Shown here piece after piece: positions 1 to 8,145 of a stretch of 36,579 nucleotides of DNA; position 1 is the first letter of the stretch, and the number at the start of each line of letters is the position of its first letter. Where the stretch lies: positions 1 through 36,579 of IMG/VR virus record IMGVR_UViG_3300032212_000082; one strand, 5' to 3'. The DNA is from a virus. Lineage: Duplodnaviria > Caudoviricetes. Under the pieces are notes generated by a model. It did no database searches. It worked only from the letters and a program-made list of their open reading frames with translations, and was not told the origin of the DNA. The position numbers and the translations under genes are program-made.

Positions 1-185
1 TCTTAGCACATCTAACCAACACCTTCATTATCAATAATGACACTGCGCTTAACGCAGAGAATTATTCCTATGAGTTAGCTTATCATAATGGTGAAGCAGG
101 TACAGTTAGGTACATCATCCACCAAATGAATAGAGCCGAGCAGTTATGAAAAATAAAGAACTAGAAAAACTCAGGAATCAAGCGA
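1..185. repeat. Terminal direct repeat, left copy (circular overlap of a complete phage genome)
   Basis: 1-185 (TCTTAGCACA...ATCAAGCGA) matches 36395-36579 at 184/185 positions. The single difference is G128 vs A36522. The repeat cuts through coding genes, consistent with assembly circularity or permutation. Confidence 0.97.
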
Positions 186-553
186 AGAAATTAGGTATTC
201 CTTCCTACTGGAACAAAGGGGAAGAGCGGTTGCTTCGTGAAATCCATGAGCTAGAGCCGCCTAAACGAACTCAAATCCCTATGCAAGTAAACAACTCAGA
301 CCATATCTACCTAAACTCTGTGGGCTTTAAAGAAGCTTGGTTGGGCAAGTATATGGATGAAGACGGTATAGAGAAGTTTGAATACATTCATAAGTTTCGC
401 GCCTTTCGATGCTACATCAAAGGACAGCATGTTGATTGGGTTGACATCAACCGAATTGCGCTAGATAACGGGGCCAGAGAAGTTTGCGAAATCCTGCTCT
501 CTCACCAACCTTTACCCCAACACCGAAAAGTAATAGGAGTCAATCATGACTGA
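146..553 (+). CDS. Hypothetical protein with an N-terminal Rho-N/HeH-like small helical motif
   Basis: 135-aa ORF with an ATGA overlap to the upstream gene across the circular junction. The N-terminus ELEKLRNQAKKLGIPSYWNKGEERLLREI resembles Rho-N/HeH nucleic-acid-binding helices. Confidence 0.6.
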   Translation: MKNKELEKLRNQAKKLGIPSYWNKGEERLLREIHELEPPKRTQIPMQVNNSDHIYLNSVGFKEAWLGKYMDEDGIEKFEYIHKFRAFRCYIKGQHVDWVDINRIALDNGAREVCEILLSHQPLPQHRKVIGVNHD

Positions 554-1283
554 AGAAGTATCAGAAGTAGTTCCAGAAGCCCCTGTCGAAACACCAGAGG
601 TTGAATCATTGGTAGCAGACACTCAAGCTGAGGCGTCATGGTTCTATGATGACAACATGGCTGGCGTAGGCGATAAACCTGAGTATCTAAAAGAGAACTT
701 CAAGAATCTAGGTGAACAGGCTAGAGCTTATGTTGAACTAGAGAAGAAGTTTGGCGGATTCAAAGGCGCACCCAAAGACGGGTACTCTATGCCTGAGAAC
801 ATCAGTAAAGACGATGCTTTAGTGCAAGAAGTCATTAAGTTCGGCACATCTCACAACATGTCACAGGAAGGATTTAATGAAATGTTAGATCTCGCTATGG
901 CACAAGCTGAAGTGACAGAAACTGTCTCTAGAGAGAATGAGATGGCAAAGCTAGGTGACGACGCTAGTAAGCGTGTCTCTCGTGTGGACGGCTTCTTGCG
1001 TAACAACCTGGAAGCGGAAGAGTATGAAAAGATAGCGCCTTTACTCACTACTGCATCTCATGTTGAGTTAACCGAAGCCTTGATTTCTATGACCTCTCAA
1101 CAAACACTTCCAGTTGATGAAATGGTAACTCCAGAAGGCGTTACATTTGATTCAATGATGAAAGAGCAGATGAAGAAAGACGAGAACGGGAATTACCTCA
1201 TGAATGTTGACGAGAGCCATCGAAAGAAAGTTCAGCGCATGAAAGCTCAGCTAGAAGCACTAGAGAAGAGAGGGGCGTCATAG
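546..1283 (+). CDS. Capsid scaffolding/assembly protein
   Basis: Acidic 245-aa ORF with a Glu/Pro-rich N-terminus and a KPEYLKENFK...AYVELEKKFG motif typical of T7-type scaffolds. It lies just upstream of the capsid gene. SD AGGAG. Confidence 0.8.
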   Translation: MTEEVSEVVPEAPVETPEVESLVADTQAEASWFYDDNMAGVGDKPEYLKENFKNLGEQARAYVELEKKFGGFKGAPKDGYSMPENISKDDALVQEVIKFGTSHNMSQEGFNEMLDLAMAQAEVTETVSRENEMAKLGDDASKRVSRVDGFLRNNLEAEEYEKIAPLLTTASHVELTEALISMTSQQTLPVDEMVTPEGVTFDSMMKEQMKKDENGNYLMNVDESHRKKVQRMKAQLEALEKRGAS

Positions 1284-1306
1284 CCCTTCTCTAACTGTAG
1301 CTTTTT

Positions 1307-1326
1307 GCTACATGTAGTGTTATAAT
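1307..1326 (+). promoter_or_regulatory. Extended -10 promoter for the capsid operon with an adjacent palindromic site
   Basis: TGT-TATAAT at 1318-1326 is a consensus TGn-TATAAT. The perfect palindrome CTACATGTAG at 1308-1317 lies immediately upstream. Confidence 0.65.
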
Positions 1327-1332
1327 ACACAC

Positions 1333-1400
1333 ATCGGGTAATTCACTTCTATGAATCCGGTAATTAGGCGAACATTGGCCCACTTACCGGACAACCAATC
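1333..1400 (+). other. Structured 5' leader of the capsid mRNA (candidate cis-regulatory RNA)
   Basis: TCCGGTAA (1356-1363) pairs with TTACCGGA (1384-1391). ATTCA (1341-1345) pairs with TGAAT (1352-1356). Loop ATTGG (1374-1378) is complementary to CCAAT (1395-1399). Confidence 0.4.
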
Positions 1401-1447
1401 TAAGCCTTCAAAACCTAATCTAATACTCAAATTATGAGGATACTGTA

Positions 1448-2281
1448 ATGAGTAAGACTTTATCGTCTGTTGCAGTGCAGGAATTTGACTCAATGGTAAA
1501 ACATGCCTTTCAGGGTATGGGACTTTTGAAGGACACATGTACTGTACGAAGCAACGTAGTAGGTGATCAATATAAATTCCGTCGTATGACTAAAGGCTTG
1601 GCTAATCAAAAGTCAACTAGTGATTTAGTAACACCGATGGATATCGATCACGAATTTAAAATCGCAGTCCTGTCTAACTGGAATGCACCTGAATATACTG
1701 ACATCTTTGACGCACAAGAAGTAAACTTCGATGAGAAGCAAGAACTTGCTACAACCATCGCTGGTGCTTTAGGCCGTCGTTGTGACCAGTTAATTATTGA
1801 CGCTATGGATGCGGCTACCCCTCTAACTACTGCGGTAGTAGAAGGTGGCACAAACCTAACTATGGCTAAAGTAATCGACGCACAAGTTGGCTTACGTGAC
1901 CAAGGTGTACCTAACTCAGACTTAAACGCAGCCATTGAAGCATATGGCCTAGGTGGTCTGTTAAATGATGAGAAGGCTTCATCTGCTGATTACCAGAACA
2001 TTAAAGCTCTGGTAGCGGGTGACATCGACACATTAGCCGGCTTCAAGTTCAAGATTATTGAAACTCGCGTTGAAGGTGGTCTGACTGAGGCAGCTAACAT
2101 TGTTGACTCATGGTTCTACAGCAAGAGTTCTGTAGGTTTGGCTATCGGCCTCGACATGAAAACTGACATCGACTGGATACCACAGCGTACCTCTTGGTTA
2201 TCTAACGGTATGATGAAAGCTGGTTCAGTTGTTCGTGACGAAGGCGGCCTCATCAAAGTTCAATACAATAAGACTGCGTAG
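1448..2281 (+). CDS. Major capsid protein (HK97 fold, T7/podovirus type)
   Basis: 277-aa ORF after the scaffold gene, with motifs EFDSMVKHAFQG, EYTDIFD, ALGRRCDQLIIDA and GDIDTLAGFKF typical of this capsid family. SD GAGGA. Confidence 0.9.
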   Translation: MSKTLSSVAVQEFDSMVKHAFQGMGLLKDTCTVRSNVVGDQYKFRRMTKGLANQKSTSDLVTPMDIDHEFKIAVLSNWNAPEYTDIFDAQEVNFDEKQELATTIAGALGRRCDQLIIDAMDAATPLTTAVVEGGTNLTMAKVIDAQVGLRDQGVPNSDLNAAIEAYGLGGLLNDEKASSADYQNIKALVAGDIDTLAGFKFKIIETRVEGGLTEAANIVDSWFYSKSSVGLAIGLDMKTDIDWIPQRTSWLSNGMMKAGSVVRDEGGLIKVQYNKTA

Positions 2282-2290
2282 GAGGCTATC

Positions 2291-2560
2291 ATGGCATTTT
2301 CAAGAAATGGCTTAAGCCTAATCGGCTTTAGTGCTGGCGATGCGCCAAGCGTTTTCAGCTACACTTCAGCTGACGCGATTGCAACTGTCAATACGGCTGG
2401 TTACTTCAATGATGCGTCTAAAGAACTTAGTGTTCGTGACATTATCTTTGTTGTAGACAGCAATACACCAACTACTCACATTGTAAGCGTTCTAAGTAAT
2501 GCTTCAGGAGTTGTTGATGTTTCTGATGGTTTAGCAATCACTGAAACTGATACTGACTAA
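2291..2560 (+). CDS. Small capsid decoration/cement-like protein
   Basis: 89-aa beta-rich ORF directly after the capsid gene and before a terminator. Contains YTSADAIATVNTAGYFND. SD GGAGG. Confidence 0.6.
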   Translation: MAFSRNGLSLIGFSAGDAPSVFSYTSADAIATVNTAGYFNDASKELSVRDIIFVVDSNTPTTHIVSVLSNASGVVDVSDGLAITETDTD

Positions 2561-2576
2561 TACTCGGTGGTGGGTC

Positions 2577-2612
2577 GGGGACACGCTCTTTCGGGCCTCT
2601 GTCCCCATTTTT
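2577..2612 (+). terminator. Intrinsic terminator after the capsid/decoration genes
   Basis: GGGGACA (2577-2583) pairs with TGTCCCC (2600-2606), with an inner GCTC/GGGC stem, followed by ATTTTT. Confidence 0.6.
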
Positions 2613-2626
2613 AAATAGGAGCTATC

Positions 2627-3184
2627 ATGCCGAGTAAAGTAGATATAGTTTCGTCAGCCTTAGTGCTGATAGGCGATAAGCCAGTAAACGACCTAACAGG
2701 CACTGACCGTCGAAGTGTCGTTGCCAATCAATTATATGAACGCGCAAAGCAGAACGAGCTATCCAAGTTTCGTTGGGGTTTTGCTCGTAAGAAGATCCAA
2801 CTTTCCCTCTTAACAGACATCCCTGTTGACCAAGAGTGGCAAAGCATCTATCAATTACCAAGCGACCTAATCACCCTGATTAAAGTTTACCCTAATATTA
2901 AATATCAAATATTGGGCGATAAACTATATTGCAATTTGAACCAGGCTCTGTATGCGGAATATATCCATGATGTGGATGAAGATGATTTTCCTGCTTACTT
3001 CACACGAACATTAGAGTACGCTTTGGCAAAAGACTTTTCTGGCGCTATTACTGACAGCGATAATAAACGCGCACTAATGGCTGAGGAATATGTGATTCAA
3101 TCAAGAATGGCTAGAGCAACGGATTCTCAACAACATCCACAGGACAGCTTTAGGGACCAGCCATTTATTAAAGTGAGATACTAG
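2627..3184 (+). CDS. Tail tubular protein A (adaptor, T7 gp11-like)
   Basis: Motifs SKVDIVSSALVLIGD, FRWGFARK, YQLPSD and FPAYFTRTLEYALA, in the position after the capsid genes. Confidence 0.85.
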   Translation: MPSKVDIVSSALVLIGDKPVNDLTGTDRRSVVANQLYERAKQNELSKFRWGFARKKIQLSLLTDIPVDQEWQSIYQLPSDLITLIKVYPNIKYQILGDKLYCNLNQALYAEYIHDVDEDDFPAYFTRTLEYALAKDFSGAITDSDNKRALMAEEYVIQSRMARATDSQQHPQDSFRDQPFIKVRY

Positions 3185-5664
3185 TGGCATCATCTAGAAA
3201 CATTCAAAACAACTTCACATCGGGGGTGTTGTCACCTCTGACGAGAGGCCGCGCAGACATCCAGCAATACTTCAATGGGTTGGCGCAGTGTGATGACTTT
3301 GTTCTTTTGCCGCAAGGTGGTGTTAAGGCTAGAGGCGGACTTGCTTATACTGAAAGGACTTTAGGCAGCCTAACCTTTGATACAACAACGCCCACAACCC
3401 CTAATGGCGGCACAGGCGCTAATGCAGTGGATGGTGATCTATCTACCTACCTAACCACCACAACCCCAATAGGCGTAACAGATAATTATGTCATTGCGGC
3501 AGTTGATCTAGGCGCAGACACTGATGTCGCTTTATTTAACATCCGAAAGATTAGTATATCAACCGCAGTAGCAACCACAGAGATTTGGATACAGCACAAG
3601 CCAGATGGTGGAGCATGGACAGACTTGCTAAACCTTCCTTTAGTGTCTAACGTTGAACGAGACTATAGGGTTTCTATTGACGTTCCAACTAGAGAGTTTA
3701 GAGTTATTCGTAAAGGAACAACTGACCTAACAACCTCAGTAGCATCTATTGCAGAACTTGGCGCGGTCACTGAATCAAGTGTATCAAACGTCAAGATGCA
3801 GGAGTTCTCATACGACTCTGACACCCACTACCTAATGGTGTTTACAGATAAGAATTGTCGGGTATTTAGAAAGGGCGTGACACCTCATGTTATTGACCTA
3901 TGGACAGACTATGCAAGCGCAGATGTAGCAGAGATAAGAACTGTTCAGGCAGAAGCAGTCATGCTAGCCTTCCAAGAAGACCACGCACCCATCAGAATAA
4001 CCAACTTTAACTCAGATACTATTTGGCGAGTAGATGAAGCGCCTTTCACAGTTATCCCTCAGTACGACTTCAATGACAGTGACTCACCTACCCCGGTAGC
4101 AGATATACAGGTATTAACCTTTGCTGGCTTTGTAATTGGCGACACATTCCAGTTAGATGTTGAAGGAGTGCTTAGTAAGAATATTACTTGGGCTGGCGAT
4201 TTAACAGCAGACGCGCAATCATCCACCGCCTTTAATATACGAAAGAATTTACAGGACATGCCTAACTTTGGCGAGACAGGCATAAGCGTTGCTAGAACGG
4301 CTCTAGGCGAGTATACAGTAACCATTAATGGTGAGTCAGCAGATGACTATGAATTAATCTCAGGCTTTGCTACAGAAGGCACAGCGGCCAAAGGGATTAC
4401 GGTAGTCAAGACTCAAAATGGCTCTCCTCGCTCAGAAGATGTTTGGAGTGCAACTAGAGGCTACCCAAGAAGCGCATGTTTCTATGATGGCCGATTAGTA
4501 TTAGGCGGCACAACTCAAAAGCCACAATCAGTATTTTTATCCAAAGCAGGGAGTTTTTATGACTTCGATATTGGCGAAGGTGACCCTGACGAAGCAATTT
4601 TTATCACGATTACTTCTCGTAAGTTTAATCGCATCTTTGATGTTTACCCTGGCCGTGATTTACAAATCTTCACTAGCGATCAGGAATTTGTTATTGACAC
4701 TAAACCGATTACGCCAGAAGATGTTGTCGTTAAACCTCAAACTTCCCACGGGGCGTCAAATCTGGAAGTAAAGGAAATTGATGGGGCAACTTTTTTCATT
4801 GACCGATTTGGAAAGAAACTATTTAACTATTTATATTCTTTTAACGAAGATGCGTACAACACTCAGTCTCCTTCTGTATTAAGTCCTGAATCAATTAGCT
4901 CGCCTGTAGATATAGATATATTGAGAGGGACAGCAAGCAGTGATGCCAATTGGATCTTCATTGTAAACAGTAATGGCGGTGTATCTGTACTTAATACATT
5001 AAGAGAGCAGGACATCAATGGATTTACTCACTTCACAAAGACGGGTGAGTCGGCCACATTTACCAACGTAGTTGTTGTTGATGACCAAGTATATTTCATT
5101 TCAAATCAAACAGTTAATGGCGTTAATGGCAATTATCTGTTAAGATGGGATGATGAGTATCTCACGGATAATTCAATTAAAATTGCTCATGGTGGTGGCG
5201 CTACATTATCAGCCGCAACTCATTTGGCAGGGCAGACTGTAACTGTGTTTGGTGACGGCAACTATATAGGCGAGTTAACTGTTGACGCTAATGGTGATAT
5301 AACGCTTCCGCTATATAATCAGGACTACACTACGTATGAAGTGGGCTATCTATTTAACCCTTATATGAAGTTCTTGCCGGTAGCGACCTCTGTTGGCTCA
5401 GGGAATAATTTCTTTAGAATTAAAAAGGTTGTTAAGTCTAACATCCGAGTACATCAAAACACGCTATTGCAATTAGATGACAATATCATTGAGCCAAGAA
5501 CATTTAATGACACTGCGTTATCTGGCTTAGATGCGTACACAGGAATCCTTGAAGACTCATTCGACAATATAGGATGGGGCAGAGATGACAGTCCTGAAAT
5601 AACATTACCACAAGGCGGCAGAGGCATCGTGTTAGCCGTTGATATGGAGGTAGAATCGTCGTGA
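3184..5664 (+). CDS. Tail tubular protein B (nozzle, T7 gp12-like) with inserted domains
   Basis: GTG start coupled to the upstream TAG. Motifs QNNFTSGVLSP, LPQGGVKARGG, WSATRGYPRSACFYDGRLVLGG and PITP. Confidence 0.88.
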   Translation: MASSRNIQNNFTSGVLSPLTRGRADIQQYFNGLAQCDDFVLLPQGGVKARGGLAYTERTLGSLTFDTTTPTTPNGGTGANAVDGDLSTYLTTTTPIGVTDNYVIAAVDLGADTDVALFNIRKISISTAVATTEIWIQHKPDGGAWTDLLNLPLVSNVERDYRVSIDVPTREFRVIRKGTTDLTTSVASIAELGAVTESSVSNVKMQEFSYDSDTHYLMVFTDKNCRVFRKGVTPHVIDLWTDYASADVAEIRTVQAEAVMLAFQEDHAPIRITNFNSDTIWRVDEAPFTVIPQYDFNDSDSPTPVADIQVLTFAGFVIGDTFQLDVEGVLSKNITWAGDLTADAQSSTAFNIRKNLQDMPNFGETGISVARTALGEYTVTINGESADDYELISGFATEGTAAKGITVVKTQNGSPRSEDVWSATRGYPRSACFYDGRLVLGGTTQKPQSVFLSKAGSFYDFDIGEGDPDEAIFITITSRKFNRIFDVYPGRDLQIFTSDQEFVIDTKPITPEDVVVKPQTSHGASNLEVKEIDGATFFIDRFGKKLFNYLYSFNEDAYNTQSPSVLSPESISSPVDIDILRGTASSDANWIFIVNSNGGVSVLNTLREQDINGFTHFTKTGESATFTNVVVVDDQVYFISNQTVNGVNGNYLLRWDDEYLTDNSIKIAHGGGATLSAATHLAGQTVTVFGDGNYIGELTVDANGDITLPLYNQDYTTYEVGYLFNPYMKFLPVATSVGSGNNFFRIKKVVKSNIRVHQNTLLQLDDNIIEPRTFNDTALSGLDAYTGILEDSFDNIGWGRDDSPEITLPQGGRGIVLAVDMEVESS

Positions 5665-6116
5665 TTGATTGGTTAATCGCTTTTTCAGTAAAGCACCAAA
5701 CAGCAATTCAAATAGCTTACGCAGCAGCGGCTACAGCGGCAGTAACAGCCCACGGTCAGCGAGAGCAAGGACGTATGGCAGAAGCCATGTATGAGCGAGA
5801 AGCTAAAGAAGCAGAAGTTGAGGCTTCAGGCCGAGAGCTACAGCGTAGAGAGCAAATTAATCGAAGATTAGCTCAGAATGTTGTAGGCATAGCTGGCTCA
5901 GGAATGAGTGGGGAGGGAACCCCAGCCTCTATTGCATTGGAAGACGCTAAGAAGATCGGAGTATCTGAAAGCATGGAAACATTGTCAGACAGATTAAAGG
6001 CGGCTCAATTAAGGCGAGAAGGCCGCTTAGCCAGAGAAACTGGCAACTTAAACGCCTCATCAACTTTATTGAAGGCTGGGATTGGCGTAGCATCAGGTGG
6101 CGGATACGGTGGCTAG
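5661..6116 (+). CDS. Internal virion (ejection) protein, T7 gp14-like
   Basis: Ala/Gly-rich N-terminus, helical Gln/Glu/Arg segment and a GSGMSGEGTP motif. First of three genes after the nozzle. Confidence 0.65.
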   Translation: MIDWLIAFSVKHQTAIQIAYAAAATAAVTAHGQREQGRMAEAMYEREAKEAEVEASGRELQRREQINRRLAQNVVGIAGSGMSGEGTPASIALEDAKKIGVSESMETLSDRLKAAQLRREGRLARETGNLNASSTLLKAGIGVASGGGYGG

Positions 6117-8145
6117 ACAAACTAAAATAGGCATCTATGGTAGGTACAGGCCAACTGGCCCTGACCAGGGTGAACTAAATAAAAGCAAAGCATTTACTGA
6201 GGCCGTTGCTGGACTTGGGCAACAGGCAACTGACTATCTTAAGCAGAAGCAAAAGGATGAACTATCATCTTATCGAGCCACTGCAAACAATGATACCTTC
6301 TTGAAGCTGGATGAGCTTCAGAGGCAATATAAGGACGATCCTGCCGCTTTTGAGGCTGCGGCTAAGTCATATACTGATACTGTCATAAAAACCGCTCCAG
6401 AGCCTCTCAGGCGCATTCTGACGGGTGATTTCGATACAGCAATCACTAAACGCATTGTTAAGACGAGAGATGCTTACGATCTAAAACACCAACAAGAATT
6501 ATTAGGTGAATGGACTGAAGGCACTCTTGGGATGGAATCCGAAGGGCTTAATAGCATACGCAATGGTGCAGATGCCGCATTAGAGATAAACCGATATGAA
6601 GACCATGTAGACTCCACTGAACTACTAACCCCCGAACAAAAAGCTATTGCAAAATCAAAGTACCGAACTAGAGCGAAAGCGGCTAGTTATATGGGTATGT
6701 TTGATTCTATTGTTGAGAAAGAAGAAGATCCAGAAAGACAGATATTAAGAGCAAAGGCATTAAGAGATGAAATAGCCCAAGCAGATGTCAAAGAACTGTC
6801 ACCCGAACAGAAAGACACTTTCTTGAACAAGATGGATGTTCGCATCAATAAACTAGAATCTAACCTAGCTAAAGATAAAGCTGAGTTAACCCTAGATGCT
6901 AAACGACGAATATCTGACATCGAGATACAGGTGGCGACAGGGAAGATCACACCAGACAACTATGACGAGTTTGCTGACGAGGTTGAGGGTTTATTTATCT
7001 CAGAGGCAATCACTGCACCAAAAAGAACTCAATTGCTAGCCAATGCTTACAATAAGATAAATAACAAATCAAAGGCTGAATTAGATAAGCAAAAGGCTTT
7101 TCAGGATATTGAAGATGTTTTAGGTGGTGTAGATTTTGAAGACGGTGTTCGTCCTGTATTAGATAAGCGATACGTTGACAACCATTTTAATGAAGTATAC
7201 TGGCCGACTATTGAGAGCCTTCCTGAAAGCGATAGAGCTAAAGTAATGGCCGCTTACATTGAAAAGACTCGAATGGTTCCATCTAAAGTCAAAGGCTTAG
7301 TGGACCAATATGTGACATCAGGCGACATATCTCTTATCTCTCAGGCGCAAGATTTAGTCTCTCGTGTGGACACTCTACCGGGAATGCTAAACAAAACCGC
7401 TGATAAAGACACTAAAGCATTTATCGAAACATCAATTAAGTTATCTGAGTATATGCCAGAAGAAGAGGCTATTGCAGAAGCTAAGAGGCGGATAGACCCT
7501 CAAAATGCAAACCTAATGGAAGCTAGGGCGAAGCAACTAAAAGATATCGAGAAAGACGATGACGAGTTCTTTGATGATGGAATTAAGGACGCTCTTGAAG
7601 GCTGGACAACCTCTGATTTAAATCCAAATGGATTTGAGTATGCTGACATAAAGAATGATTACAAAGAGCTTTATACGCATTACTTCACTAGAACAGGCGA
7701 CAAAGATACAGCTAACCGTCTAGCAACTCAGGACTTAAAGGCTTATTGGGCTGATTCTGAATTTGGCTTCATGAGAAACAAGCCTGAACTATTTTACAAT
7801 ATGTCTGGCCCAGAGATTAGGGATGATGTGTACGAAGCCCTAAGACAAGAAGTGTTTGGCGAAGACTTCTCTAAAGGCAGCGTGAAGTTGTTTTCGGATG
7901 ACATTACCGAAAGGGAAGTTAGTTCAGGAAGACCCACTTATCGCGTTATGTACATGCGTGAAAATGGGGACTGGAACTTCATGGAAGACCGCTTCTACCC
8001 AGACGAAGAGAAGGCTAGAAAGGTGAGGCTGACTAGAGCAGAACGAGAATTTCAGATTGAGCAAGAGAATATTCAGCGAGAAAAAAAGGCTGAAGAGCTT
8101 TCTGAAGCAAGAAGCACTGAGAAACGATTTGGGCCGGAGTATTAA
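6097..8145 (+). CDS. Internal virion (ejection) protein, T7 gp15-like
   Basis: 682-aa charged, predicted helical ORF in the second ejection-protein position. GTG start is uncertain. Confidence 0.6.
   Translation: MADTVARQTKIGIYGRYRPTGPDQGELNKSKAFTEAVAGLGQQATDYLKQKQKDELSSYRATANNDTFLKLDELQRQYKDDPAAFEAAAKSYTDTVIKTAPEPLRRILTGDFDTAITKRIVKTRDAYDLKHQQELLGEWTEGTLGMESEGLNSIRNGADAALEINRYEDHVDSTELLTPEQKAIAKSKYRTRAKAASYMGMFDSIVEKEEDPERQILRAKALRDEIAQADVKELSPEQKDTFLNKMDVRINKLESNLAKDKAELTLDAKRRISDIEIQVATGKITPDNYDEFADEVEGLFISEAITAPKRTQLLANAYNKINNKSKAELDKQKAFQDIEDVLGGVDFEDGVRPVLDKRYVDNHFNEVYWPTIESLPESDRAKVMAAYIEKTRMVPSKVKGLVDQYVTSGDISLISQAQDLVSRVDTLPGMLNKTADKDTKAFIETSIKLSEYMPEEEAIAEAKRRIDPQNANLMEARAKQLKDIEKDDDEFFDDGIKDALEGWTTSDLNPNGFEYADIKNDYKELYTHYFTRTGDKDTANRLATQDLKAYWADSEFGFMRNKPELFYNMSGPEIRDDVYEALRQEVFGEDFSKGSVKLFSDDITEREVSSGRPTYRVMYMRENGDWNFMEDRFYPDEEKARKVRLTRAEREFQIEQENIQREKKAEELSEARSTEKRFGPEY

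Noticed and set aside
1-185. T7-like physical direct terminal repeat
   Set aside because: The repeat starts and ends inside coding genes of the head operon, which fits assembly overlap of a circular or permuted genome better than a fixed DTR.
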